From NCBI RefSeq assembly GCF_009914755.1, contig NC_060935.1: a stretch of DNA of 64,000 nt. The stretch is one strand, 5' to 3'. Shown here piece by piece: positions 40,711 through 53,971 of this stretch. The stretch comes from the human T2T-CHM13v2.0 reference genome, Homo sapiens. The notes under the pieces were generated by a model. That model saw nothing but the letters and a program-made list of their open reading frames with translations, had not been told where the DNA came from and searched no databases. Both the position numbers and the translations under genes were made by a program. Each line of letters opens with the position of its first letter. Position 1 is the stretch's first letter.

Positions 40711-42824
40711 TTTTGGTATTCAATTAAATATAGCTCACACATTTTTTTTTTCTTCTTTACACCCACCTGTTCGGCCATTTCTAACTGCCTGTTGGCTTAT
40801 ACATCCTATGCAGATGTTTCTGGTTCAAGGAAGATAATGCTAAATCCACAGTTTTGCTGAAATAATTGACCCTACCCAAACGCACACCCTAAACTGAATG
40901 AACTACTTGGCAGATTTTGAGAAAAATCATCCTTGGGTAACTCCCATGTATTTTTTTTGTTTTTGTTTTCGAGCAGCCTGGCTGTGCAGTTGGGGCAGTT
41001 GATGCTTCAGAGTAAACCCAGGAAGGCTTCATGGGCCTGTGGATGATACATACAGCACTCTCAAATGTTGAGCTTCAACTCATGAGGCAATATTAGTCCT
41101 GGATTTTCCTACATTTGTCTGTAGATTGTTCCAGGGACACTGGCAGATGAGGAAAGGGTTTCATTTCAAGCCTTCCTGCTACATTTGAGCCAGAAGGTCT
41201 CTGGGAAGCTCCTTCATGGGGCCAGACTTGGGATGTGCATCCATCTTGATGGAAAGTTCTCCCAACCTAGAGAAAAGATGGTGAGGCAACAGGCTGCCAA
41301 GGTCAGAGGCTGGTCTTTCCCAAAGTCAACCGTAAATCAAAGCCTCCAAGGTGACCGACCACGTGTCACAGACACCAGCTCTGCAGTCTCTGAGCGGGTG
41401 GCACAGGGCTTGATGACAGGAGGCCACCCCTTCCCCAGCCCATCTGCTGCTAGGGAAGACCAGCGTGTGGGCTGTTCATTGCCACCAAGGAGGTTTTCCT
41501 GCTGTTTACTGAGGTTTAACTCTCCTTGTAAAGGAGGGCCTGGCCCAAACATCTGTTTCATCAAAGGGGTTGGAGTCTTGGAGACACAAAAGCTTCTCTC
41601 AGTGGCTCCATTCTATGGCCTTTATCGCTCCCAGAGTCGTCCTATTAATATGCTGAAACAGCCATGACTTTGCCACTATGAACGTGTCTAGGGAGCACAG
41701 CCAGGTTTCAGGGTGAGGAAGGAGAGAAAGGGAGAGTCCTTTGAATCCCCTCAGACTTTACACTTGGCTTCCTCTTATGGGTAAGACTTAACCATGACTC
41801 ACCTGTTTTAGAATGTTTTGTTAGCCAATCCCTGATTTGCTTGAAACCTCCAAAGTCTCAAGAAAATAGCCTCAAGGGAACTTGGAGCTAAGTCGCAATG
41901 TCTCAGGCCTAATAAATAAACTGCATATGAGGACAGCACATGATCGAAAGAGCAAATGCCAGACCGGGAATCTTCAGGTCGAGCACTTGGAAGTCACTGG
42001 GATTTTTGCAGAAAACCATGAAGCATTAACGTTTTAAGTTTAAAGGATTAAATAGATAATTTAGGGCTACATCTGACTGTGGAGCCCTGGAGTCTCCTGC
42101 TATTTATTGGCTATTTAACTCTGCAGTAGTTACTTCACGTCTCTGAAACTCCATTTCCTCATCTGTCAAAGGGACGGAAAATACTGGGGTGAGGACTTAA
42201 TGACAAATAATATGTTTTACTCCCTCTAGTGCTTGGCACGTAGACACTCAAACAATGGTAACCAAGTAACAAAAGTTTAAGAGAAATGTGTCAGAGAAGA
42301 AGCTAACTTGAGAAATGCTTTTCCATTGAAATTATTATTATTTAAAAAGTTTTGTTTTTGTAAATTGGGAAAAGAGTGCCACAGCTTGATGATAGTGGAG
42401 TGGCAGACGTGTTGTATGGCCCGGCTAGGGCAGGCGGCCCTGATATATGCAGCGGTGTGGCTTCCTGTGCTAGGTTAGGGTTCTCAACCTTCTCTACCTA
42501 TGACAACACACCTATCCAGTGGCATGAGGTTGCCCAACCCACTCTCCTCATTGATGACAGGTTCGAATCCTAGCTCGATCACTAGCTTTGCATTATCTTG
42601 GGCAAGTAAATGAGTGATATGAATAGTACCTACCTTCCAGGTTTTGGGGGGTGGGTGGGTAACTGTGATTATGTAGATAAAGCACTGAGGACAGTCTTGA
42701 GCACAAAATAAATGCTCAATCCAAAAGAAAAAAATGCGTTCATGATTTCTGTATGATTTTCAGCCCCAGCTATAACCCCGTCTTTTTCACTCAGGGAAGC
42801 AATTTGGAAAATAACACTGTGATA

Positions 42825-42985
42825 GGGATACTCTTGAATCTGCTCAAAAATTGCTAAAACTCATTCACACATAGATTTAATCATTATCAGTAACAAATTA
42901 TTTGTGAATGACTTCATAACTGATGTTGATCACAAGTCCTCAAACGCAAATGGGTGCCATACTTTTCTCCAGGCTGCGTGAAATC
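42825..42985 (+). repeat. Direct repeat copy 1 (~160 bp) abutting the MLT1 LTR
   Basis: Colinear with 43506-43664. Confidence 0.85.
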
Positions 42986-43504
42986 TGCATTTGCTTCAGG
43001 TGGCTGCTGTAACAAATTACCACCAACTTGTTGGCTTAAGCCAATACGATTGTATTATCTTACAGTTCTGAAGCTCAGAAGTCCTAAATGGATGCCAGTG
43101 GGCTAAAATCAAGGTGTCGGCCGGGCTACGCTTTTTCTGCAGGCTCTAGGGGAGAATTGTTTGCTTGCCTTTTCCAGATTTTAAAGGCTACCTCCTTCCT
43201 TGGCTTGTGGCCACATTCTGTCTTCAAAGCCAGCAATGGTCAGATGAGTCTTTACTCCTATGCCATCTCTCTGACTCTTCTCCACTTAAGATGCCTTGTG
43301 ATTACACTGAGTTCACCCCAATAATCCAGGATAATTGCCCTATTTTAAGATCAGGTGATTAGCAACCTTAATTCCATTTGCAGTTTCTACTTGCCATATG
43401 ATACAACAGATTCATAGGTTGTAGGAATTAGGATTGTGGACATCTTTGGGGTTGGCAGCTGGGGGCGGCAGTGGGTATGGGAGGGGCATATTTTGGCAAC
43501 CACG
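42986..43504 (-). mobile_element. MLT1 (C/D-like) MaLR solo LTR
   Basis: ggctgctgtaacaaattaccac...gggctaaaatcaaggtgtcggc...ataatccaggataat...ggacatctttgggg...accacg. Confidence 0.85.
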
Positions 43505-43505
43505 T

Positions 43506-43664
43506 GGGATAACTTTGAATCTGCCAAAATTACTTAAAATTCATTCACACATATTGTTGCTTTAATCATCAGTAACAAATACAGTGAATAACTCCACAAT
43601 CAATATTGATAAGAGGGCCTCAAATACGGTGGGGGCCATACTTTTCTCTAGGCTACATGAAATG
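43506..43664 (+). repeat. Direct repeat copy 2 (~160 bp) abutting the MLT1 LTR
   Basis: Colinear with 42825-42985. Confidence 0.85.
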
Positions 43665-44344
43665 TGAAAAGATAAGATAATATGGCAATTTTTAACTGAA
43701 AATAAACTTACTCCATTTAAAGGACTATTCTTTTGGTATTAAAATGTTGGCAGCAGATGATAGTTGGCTTTTAAAATTGTTGACGTACTTGTCAAATATA
43801 AAAGTTAGTAAGTCAGTCAAGACCCAAAGGCTTTCTGGGAAGGAGGGGATGTTGCTGTTTTGTGCAATCAAGGGCAGCAGCCATTACGACCTTCCAGGAG
43901 GCAGGCCTCCAGCCGACAGTGTGCAGGGCCACAGGACTCTCAGAGCCTTTCCCTTCTCCATACTTTTCCTTCTCCATTCTTCCCAGGGTTTAGAGAGTTT
44001 GGAGCCAAAGGACTGGGATCTGAACCCCTCCTCTGACATGGGACAATTCACTCCTCAGTTTTCATCCATAGAATCAGAATGACAGAAAACCCAGCCTGCT
44101 CTTCTCACAGGATGGCAAGGAGAACCAAACTAGAAGAGTGCAGTAAAGTGTAAAGTGCTGTACAAATGGGGATGGTTGTTTTTATAGCTGAAACTTACAC
44201 TCTTAGTTTCTGGATCTTTCTATAATGTTTATTGAGTGGGTGAGAGAAAATGATGAAGGCCCCAGGGGGTACAATTAAGCCTTTAGGGAATAGCAGTTAG
44301 AAAAATGCCATTTTCCTCCCTAAAAACGAAAACAAACAAATCTT

Positions 44345-45066
44345 TAGGTTTTTTTTTTAAATGGTAAAATACACATAACATAAATTTGTCATCTTACGCA
44401 TTGTTAGGTGTACAGTTCAGCAGTGTTAAGTACATTCATATTGCTGTGCAACCCATCTCCAGGACATTTCCATCTTGCTAGAAGGGAATTCTGTGCCCAT
44501 GGACAACAACTCCCCATTTTCCACTGTCCTCAGACCCTGGCAACCATCACTCTGCTTTCTGTGTCTATGAATTTGACTAAGTACCTCAAATAAGCGGAAT
44601 CACGCAGGATTTGTCTTTCAGTGATTGGCTTATTTCACTTAGTGTAATGTCCTCAAGGTTCATTCATATAGTTAGTCTGTGTCAGAATTCCCTTCCTTTT
44701 TAACACTGAATAATATTCCACTGTATGTATATGCCACATTTTGTTTATGCATTCATCTGTCCACGAACAACTTGGGTGGATTCCACTTTTCCGCCATTGT
44801 GAATGCTGCTGCTATGAGTGTAGGTATACAAATATCTTTTCAAGACCCTGCTTTCAATTCTTTTCGGTATGTACCCAGTAGTGCAATTGCTGGATCATAC
44901 GGTAATCATATTTTTAATGTTTCAAGAAACCGCCATACTGTTTTCCATAGTGGCTGTACTATTTCACATTTCCACCAACAGTGTACGAGGTTTCTAACTT
45001 TTCTATGTCCTTACCAACACTTGTTTGTTTTTTTTGACAGTAGCCATCCCAATGGGTGTGAGATAG
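44345..45066 (-). mobile_element. L1MB-type 3' end
   Basis: ggtaaaatacacataacataaa...gtgtacagttcag...ccctggcaaccatcactctgctttctgtgtctatgaatttgact. Confidence 0.85.
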
Positions 45067-45444
45067 TCCTAATTTTACTTTTTTAATCACAAAAGTAATA
45101 CTAGCTCATAGTAAAAATGTTGAATAGGTGCAGAAAGGCAAAGAAACAAAATTCACCTACTTGCTCCTTACTTCCTCTTACTTCTCAGAGATAGCCACAA
45201 TTGTATTGATGTCTACCTATTTCTATAGCATACATGCCATTCCATACTTTTAAATTTTCACTTAATAATCTATCTTGGACGTGTTTTTATATTAATCACT
45301 ATAGATTGACCTCATTCCTTTTCACAACCACAGAATATTCCAATGTATCAATGGACTATAATTTAAACAACTTCTCAACTTCCTATTAGTGGACACTTAG
45401 TTGATTTTCAGAACTTTAAAAAAAAAAAAACAGCAATGAGAGAC

Positions 45445-45690
45445 CATGTAGCAGCAATGATGAGTACAGAGCATGAAGCCCAACTGTTTCGGTTCAAATT
45501 CCAACTCTGCTACCTAGCAGCCCTCGAATGTTGGGCAAGTGATTAACCCTCTCTATGCTTCAGTTTTCTCATCTCTAAAATGGGGATGATTATAACAACT
45601 ACCTCTTAAGGTTATTGGGAGGGTTAAATGAATCAATGTATGTAAAGCTCCTGAAGCAGAAGGTGTGGTGTGCATCAGCTGTTACTTGGT
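45445..45690 (+). mobile_element. MIR SINE
   Basis: ttgggcaagtgattaaccctctctatgcttcagttttctcatctctaaaatgggg. Confidence 0.8.
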
Positions 45691-45744
45691 TTTAATCAAC
45701 CTCCTTGGACATATATATCTTTGTGCATTTTTCTGAGTATTTAT

Positions 45745-45829
45745 TTTATTTTACTTTTTCTTTAACTTTTACTTTAAGTTCAGGGGTACAAGTGCAGGAC
45801 TTGCAGCGTTTTTTACATAGGTAAATGTG
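45745..45829 (-). mobile_element. Extremely 5'-truncated L1PA (85 bp)
   Basis: ttaagttcaggggtacaagtgcagg...ttacataggtaaatgtg; perfect 14-bp TSD ttctgagtatttat (45731/45830). Confidence 0.85.
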
Positions 45830-47020
45830 TTCTGAGTATTTATCGTAGGACAAATTGTTAGAAGTCAAATCGCTGGGCCAAAGGGTATAATTTTTTTCTT
45901 TCCACATAGACTTTTTTTTTTTTGAGCAAAATGGTCATTTTCTGGGAGGCTAAAATTGTACAACCTGTGGTGTGACAAATTTGAATGCCAAAAAGTAGCA
46001 AATTGTCCTCCAAGAGGGTTGCACCAACACACTAAGATGGCCTTAAGACCCCCAGGCTCTGTCACTTCATGGTCCTCATCACTTTACTCCTGTTTCTGAG
46101 TCAAGTCTGTCTTCTCTTCCCTGAACAATGGCCTTGTCCATTACCCCTTTCAGCCCAAAGGGAAGAAATTGGCAGGGAGGGATATGCCAAGCCATGCCCT
46201 GGGGCCCTGTTGTGATTGTGGGCCTGGGCCAGGCACTTCCTACTTTGTTGGTAAAAGCTGCTCTGTCTGGGCCCCAGCTCTATCGCTATGTCCTTCCACA
46301 TGCACATCCACAACCATAGCAAGAAGCCCGGGCCCCCCACCCAGTACCTCTTCCTTCTCTTGAGCCTTAGTCTGATGTCCCTGTGGCCCCATCATAGGAC
46401 TGAACTAAATATAATGATGCATTAAAGCCTACCAAGCCACTCTGAAAGGGAATCTCATTTTCTCAGGCCCTGTTGGTCTAGTGGTTCTCTCTAGAAATAT
46501 ATCTTCATTGTATTTGTTGATTCCAAAAGCAGTGCATGCTCCTTGTAAAACAAATCAAGCAATACAGAGGAATGAATCAAGGTCAAAGCAAAAGTTTCCC
46601 ATTATCTCATGTTCCCAGAAATAATCACTGTTAGTAGTTTGTTAAATATTCTCCCAGACTTTTTAAAAACATGCATATTTAAAAATGCAATTATATTACA
46701 TACATTCTATAACCCTCTTTTTTCACTCAACAATGGACATCTTTCCATGTCAATATGTGAATCTATTTTATCTTTTTAAATAGTTGCATGATATCCTGGA
46801 AGTCTCTTTTTCTTGGCCTTGGTTTCCTAACTTTCAAAGGGTTCATTCCCCTTTGAGGAGGTGTGTGGCATGGTAGAAAATGTATCAGACTGGGAGTTGG
46901 AAGATGGATTCTTGACTAAACTTACTGTGTGCCCTTGAGCAAGTAACTTGCTTTCTCTCTGTTAGAAATGGAACAGGATTATACATGTGAGAGTACAAAC
47001 CTACTTTAAAATACACAGAT

Positions 47021-47316
<296 letters not shown>

Positions 47317-47969
47317 TTATTCTCATAAGACCAAAATTAAGTCTGGGTTAGATGAGGACTTAACACAAGATGGTCTAGCACTTGTATGGTCATCATGGCT
47401 TTTGGTGATCGCCAGGGGAGAGCTGCTTCTGTTTTTCCCAACAATAGAACTGTCTGAAGACCACGGGGAACCCAGACCCACACTTGCTGGGTGTCGCACT
47501 AGAAGAAGAGCAGAACTTATCTGCCTTGCAGCCTTGGTTCTCAGGGAAGGGTGCTGACCTGCCCAAGGTCAAAGCAGGTCCAGAAAGGCCACAGTCCTGG
47601 CTCGGTGCTCTCCCAGCTCCTGCATGTAGCCTGTCCTGTAGAAAAGAGAGGATAGATCTGGCCAGAGCTGGGGCTGTGGGCAAAGAGGACTGGATGCTCT
47701 CTTGGCAACATCATCCAAGGCTCAAGGACCAGGTACCCTCCAGGGGGAGTTGGGGGAGGGTGCTGGTCCAGAGATTTGGAATCTGGTACTTTTCTGCCTC
47801 TAACTTTGGTCAAGTCACAGTGGACTTTACAGTTCTTATCTATAAAATGAAGGGGTTGGGAGGTATGATATCTAAGAACTTTCATTCATTGGTTCAACCA
47901 ATATTCAACCAACTGCCTGCCACTAGTTAGGCACTGTTCAGCCCTTGAAGATGAAATAATTTTTAAAAG

Positions 47970-48360
47970 TGAACATTTACATAGCATTTACTATGCCAGA
48001 CACTGCCTTAAGAATTTATATATAATATAAATATAATATAAAAGATATTATAATTATTATACTATGATTATATCAATATATTATAATTATAATATTATAT
48101 AATATATTATAATAATATAATTATATTATTATAATTATTTTATAATATAATCATAATTATAATATATACATAAATATGTTATATTATATATCTAATCATT
48201 TAACCCTTAATCTTTTATGACTCTATAAGGTAGGTACTATTAGTATTACCATGTTGTAGATGAGGACACTGAGACAGAGAAGTCAAGTTCCTTGTCTAAG
48301 TTTACAGAGTGAATAAGGAGAGGAGCCAGGATTGGAACCCAGCACCCTAGCTCACGGCTA
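47970..48360 (-). mobile_element. MIR interrupted by an AT-rich low-complexity tract (48015-48195)
   Basis: catttactatgccagacactg, (TA/TTA)-rich block, then gtagatgaggacactgagacagaga. Confidence 0.7.
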
Positions 48361-49699
48361 CACTCTCAACCTCTAGGGTCCTCACCCTCATGAGACTCAC
48401 AGCCTAGCGATAATACTCCTCCCATTTATTGAACACCTACATGTTCATCTATACCAAGCATGTTACACTCCTTGTTTCATTTAATTCTTATAGCAACTCC
48501 ATGAGGGAGAGAGTAATACCCCATTATATAAATGAGAAAATTAAGGCTCCAAAAGGCCACAATGCAGCTTATAAGTGACAAGGATGGCACTTGATCCCAG
48601 GTCTGTTTAACTCCAGAGTCTGGGCTGTGAAACACTGTGCTGTTCTGTTCTCTAATCCAACCTTTTGACATAGCTGAAACTGAGACAAGGCCTGGGGGTC
48701 TGAGTCTGGGCAGCCATGGGCTGCCTGGTCGTCCCTGCTGGCCTAGGTGGATTTTCCTCTGGGGCCTGGGTTCTCTCACTCGCTGGCTCTGGGGTCCTGG
48801 GGTCCGCAGGAGACGGAGAGCAGGCTCCCCTTTCTTAGCATCCCAGGCTATCTCCGGGATGAACTCCTGCTGTAGCAGCCTCAAGTGGACATGGAGAAGA
48901 GGCCACTCCCATGCTGTGGCTTCAAAGCCTCTCCCATGGGCTATTGCCGCACATTCCTCTGTTGCTTCTTATAAGTCACCAAGCAACCACCCCACCCAGA
49001 AGAGTTGCACTTCGTCTCCAGTGTAAAAGGCCTCCTTAGACCTCTTCCTGAGATGAGAGCAAGTTCCGGGGCTCAGGCCCTAAGAGTCCTGCATAGACTC
49101 CCAGGGAAAGGGGAGTCTTTTCTCGAACAAGGAGCTGTACGGGTGGGCACAAGTTCTGATCCCACTGAGGGTTTCAGTAAATGTTTGGATGAACATAGGG
49201 ATGGATAAATTATCTAATGGACTAATGAATGAATGAATCAAAATGAACTCAGAAATGAAAGGATGCACAAAGAAATGAATCCATCAGCCTGTGAAGGAAT
49301 GAATAAGCCCCAGGGCGGCCCTGTGGCCTCAGCCTCAGTCTGGGTCCCAGGTGAGCACTTGAGTGAAGGGAGGAAGTTTCAGAACAGGACAAAATTGCAG
49401 CATCCATAACTCTCCCATCTGAGATGCCAAGAGGAGGAGCCCCTGGCATCTCCTAGGCATTCCCCGTCTGGAGTCCTCTGGCAAAAGTGCCCCTCACCTG
49501 CCCTCTCTGCCATGAGGACTGGCTTAGAGGGAAGCTCAGAGCTCCCTCCCATCGGTGCCCAGTGGAAGGAGAGCGGCACCAGCCCGGTGTGAAGGAAGGG
49601 TCCTCACCCACTCCCTTCCCCCTCTGGGAAGCCACACAGAACTCCAAGTTAATTAAAGCCTCCACTCTGAGAAGAAGGGAATGTTCCATTTGGTAAATT

Positions 49700-51700
49700 T
49701 AGAAACAGCTGGTTAGTTTTACCCATTACTTTTGTGCTAACATCAGTGGAGCTCATTCAACTCTGTCTTTTTATGAAGCTGTCCTTCCAATGCTACCTGA
49801 TAGCTACTAATTGCTGCAACTACATTTCTGAATTGCAAATTTTCTGCACTGATAAAAACTTTGATTGCCTGTCAGCTACACATAAGGAAAAGATCAGCAG
49901 TGCTAAATGAGGGGTTCCACGCTTGGATAATAATGCCTAATGAATTATTCAGGAAAGAATGCTTGAATGAAGCAAACAATTTGAAGGGTTACTAGCAGCC
50001 GTAACAGTTCAACAGGCAAAAGAACAAAAGTATCATCCTGAACATTACACTAATGATTAAAAAATGTGTATTAATTCTAGATTTGGAGAAAAAAGAAATG
50101 CCAATCTGATTTTAAAGGTTAATCATTATTTTCTCAGTAATGCTCTGATCTCTGGTGGGGAGGGTGGTGATGAAGGGGGAGAACCCTTTACCAATATTTT
50201 GGGATGTATAATATTATGACATAATAGAGTCATATAATTTCACACACATCATTTAAAAATTGTAAATTTCAAATTTCATTGGAAAAGATAACGCAAAAAA
50301 CTAACAGCGTGGGAGCAGAATGCTCACTTGAGAGAACTTTGCTGAGTGCAGGCTGAACCAGCGCCAAGGACCCCCTCCCTGAAGCGAGGGGCCCTGCAGA
50401 AATGGCAAAATGAAATAAGATATATATGTGATTAAACATATGCAAATACATATCATAATTAGTGACTCTTTCTGGCGGAATCTGAATGTGTTTTACATAT
50501 TTTGCAAGTACGCTGTTGATGCAAATGAAAAATTCTTTCAAAAGCTTCTGCCTATTGGGTCTGAAACCCTAGAAAACAAACCAATAAATCAGGTTTCAGC
50601 TTCTGTCCGATACTGACACATTTGCTGCTTTCATAAAAAATATATTTCTACCACCCAAAGTGCTAATTTGTTTTGACAGATGCTGTGGAGTTGCCAAATA
50701 TGAGGGGGTGGGGGGAATCCTGGAAACTGTAATGCAAAATAGTATAATTAAAGATGTTAAAAAATACGAATGTAACTACTGTGATATTACGATGTAACTG
50801 AATATTTAAAAATAGCTCTTCAGGGTTGTGCTTAAAAAATCTCCAGGCAATCAAGATCACCTGGAGAGTATCTAAGAAAGCTGTGGTGTACGTGTGGAAC
50901 TGGAGGAATTTTAAGAGTAGTTTTAAATTATGGAATATGCAGCCGACCACTTAACAGCCTCAATGAGATTTTTTTTTCCAGCTTAAAAGCCCATGGTATT
51001 AGACATCAATTAGTAATTTTATTATAAAGATGTTCAATGTCAAGATAACACTCTTCGTTCCTGGCATTGATGCTGCACAGTGGCTTGGAAGTCTGACTTC
51101 AGGAGAAGAGCTGACCATCTGCCAGAGCCTGCACACTCACAGATGACTAATGTTTTCCCCGGAGGACTGTGGCTCCCTGCGTTTCTGTTGCTGTCTTTTC
51201 GATATCAAAGCAAGGCTGATAAACACATTCAAGTCACAATTAAAAAACATTTTCGCTGACCAGTTGCCACCGATGATATCATCGGACAGCTTCGGTCACT
51301 GTTGTAACAACGCATTTCATGGTGTTGATGTGCAGGCAAGATGAAGTTTCCCTTTATTTGGTCCTTAACCTAGCTCTGCAATTCTTTAACGACATTTCCA
51401 GGCACTTGGAGTCTTGCATGGAAATGCCATTTGGTCTAAATCAGGTAGAGAGACACAGGGAGAATGCTGGGATTTTTCAGGCCAAGGCCCCATCCAGGAG
51501 GATCCATCTAAGCTGGGACTCACTGAGGGAGGTACTTTGTAGGGGGTTCAGACCAATGCCAGTCAATGAGCTTTTTGACTGTTGCTACCCTGCGTTGTCA
51601 CTAAATTCAACCTAGAATGAAAAACAGAATGCTATACATTTTTCTGGATATGAAAAAATCAGATTATCCAGCTGTGACGCCTAGAAGCTTTATAGAAAAG
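49700..51700. promoter_or_regulatory. Repeat-poor block, candidate conserved non-coding element cluster
   Basis: About 2 kb nearly free of recognisable repeats; many TAAT/ATTA cores, two ATGCAAAT octamers, 16-bp palindrome. Confidence 0.35.
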
Positions 51701-52913
51701 TCATAGACACTTAGTTTAAAGCAAGAGTCATCTAACTGGACCTCAGGATATTTTTGCATGATGAATGGTGGGAGGAGAAATTGGTTGATCGGAGCATCTA
51801 CTACCACTTGTTAATCTCCATGCTAAACACTGTTCAGGTATTTTATGCAACTACACATGCCACTCCACAACAAACTAGGAGGTATATAGTATCATTTTCT
51901 CTATTTTACAGAAGAAAAAGTTGATGCCTAGAGAAGTTATTTACCCAAAGTCACACAATGGTAGCACTAGGATTTGAGCCCGCATATGATGTCAAGACTT
52001 ACGCACTTAATCAATCAGCACTACACCTTTAGGGTCACAGAGGAGGCTGTTAGAGCTGGAGGAAGACTCAGAGGTCATCCATTTCCTTATTTTGCAGGAG
52101 AAACTAGGGCTCAGAGATGTGGAAAGGGGAGCCCACGTCATGTTGCTAGCTGGTGTTCGGGCTTAACTGGAGCATCATGGGTATGAATTCTACTTGGTCT
52201 TACCTATGAGCCACCTCAGGATTTCCTGGGCTTTGTCCAGCCTTGCCTGAGAGTTCTACACTTCCCTCCGTGGTCTCAGCATTTTCAGACTCTGAGAGTC
52301 CTGGGACACCGCCTGGGTCTTGTATCAACCTCCCACACTTCACGGCCATGGAGTTCTTAGAACGCTATCTACCACAGATATCCTGGGCAGAGTACGTCCA
52401 GGACTCATGGGAGAATGTGCCTTATTGTTGGCTCTCTGAAGGGGAAATCTCCATGTTTCGCTTCAGAACAGAGTCAATGTGCCAACCAGGAAAGAGAGGG
52501 TTTGGGTTTGATAAGACCTGAAGAAAACTTGTTCTGCAATGGGGTGGTCAGCAGAGATGGGAAGTTGCCTGGTGTAGACAGAGCCCTGGGTTTTGATTTG
52601 GAGTCTTGGTCCTGCCACAAAGACAGTGTGATGAAGGCAAGTCACTTTGCTTCTCTGAGCTCTAGCTTTCCTCTGTAAAATGAAGAGGCCGAAGGCTGAA
52701 CCCTGCCCAGTCTTCTATACCAATGTATTCGAGATCATTTGGGTCTGGAAGCCTATTAAGACCCAGGTCTTTCAGGACTTTCTCAGCAGAAGATTCTGGT
52801 TTTGGTTTCCATTCATGATACTTAGAGGCAGTCTTCTTCTCAATTAGAAATTCCAGGAGGAAAAGCAAAATGTGACCTTCTCCAGAGCCTGAGAAGTACC
52901 TTCTGCATTCCTT

Positions 52914-53971
52914 TTTTTTTCTTTTTTTTTAGTATTTATTGATCATTCTTGGGTGTTTCTCGCAGAGGGGGATTTGGCAGGGTCACAGGACAATAGTGGA
53001 GGGAAGGTCAGCAGATAAACAAGTGAACAAAGGTCTCTGGTTTTCCTAGGCAGAGGACCCAGCGGCCTTCCGCAGTGTTTGTGTCCCTGGGTACTTGAGA
53101 TTAGGGAGTGGTGATGACTCTTAACGAGCATGCTGCCTTCAAGCATCTGTTTAAGAAAGCACATCTTGCACCACCCTTAATCCATTTAACCCTGAGTGGA
53201 CACAGCACATGTTTCAGAGAGCAGGGGGTTGGGGGTAAGGTTATAGATTAACAGCATCCCAAGGCAGAAGAATTTTTCTTAGTACAGAACAAAATGGAGT
53301 CTCCCATGTCTACTTCTTTCTACACAGACACAGCAACAATCTGATTTCTCTATCTTTTCCCCACATTTCCCCCTTTTCTATTCGACAAAACTGCCATCGT
53401 CATCATGGCCTGTTCTCAATGAGCTGTTGGGTACACCTCCCAGACAGGGTGGCGGCCAGGCAGAGACGCTCCTCACTTCCCAGACGGGGTGGCGGCCGGG
53501 CAGAGGCTGCAATCTCGGCACTTTGGGAGGCCAAGGCAGGCGGCTGGGAGGTGGAGGTTGTAGCGAGCCAAGATCACACCACTGCACTCCAGCCTGGGCA
53601 ACATTGAGCACTGAGTGAACGAGACTCCATCCACAATCCCGGCACCTCGGGAGGCCGAGGCTGGCAGATCACTCGCGGTTAGGAGCTGGAGACCAGCCGG
53701 GCCAACACAGCGAAACCCCGTCTCCACCAAAAAAATACGAAAACCAGTCAGGCGTGGCGGCGTGCGCCCACAATCCCAGGCACTCGGCAGGCTGAGGCAG
53801 GAGAATCAGGCAGGGAGGTTTCAGTGAGCCGAGATGGCGGCAGTACAGTCCAGCTTCTGCTGCGCATCAGAGGGAGACGTGGAAAGAGAGGGAGAGGGAG
53901 ACCGTGGGGAGACGGGAAAGGGGGAGGGGGAGGGGGAGTGGGAGGGGGAGGGGGAGAGGTAGAGGGAGAGC
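52914..53971 (-). mobile_element. SVA retrotransposon (B/C-like), both ends present, VNTR reduced to ~2 units
   Basis: Poly-T, AATAAA (minus, 52935-52940), SINE-R, VNTR 53434-53506, Alu-like domain, hexamer-like tract; perfect 15-bp TSD ccttctgcattcctt. Confidence 0.96.

Noticed and set aside
48015-48195. Extremely AT-rich tract as an origin or unwinding element
   Set aside because: Ordinary low-complexity expansion inside a MIR with no further support.
50357-50378. REST/RE1-like ccagcgccaaggac
   Set aside because: Mismatched left half, and the AGCGCC right half is missing.
53430-53900. CpG-rich segment as a promoter CpG island
   Set aside because: Entirely SVA-derived.
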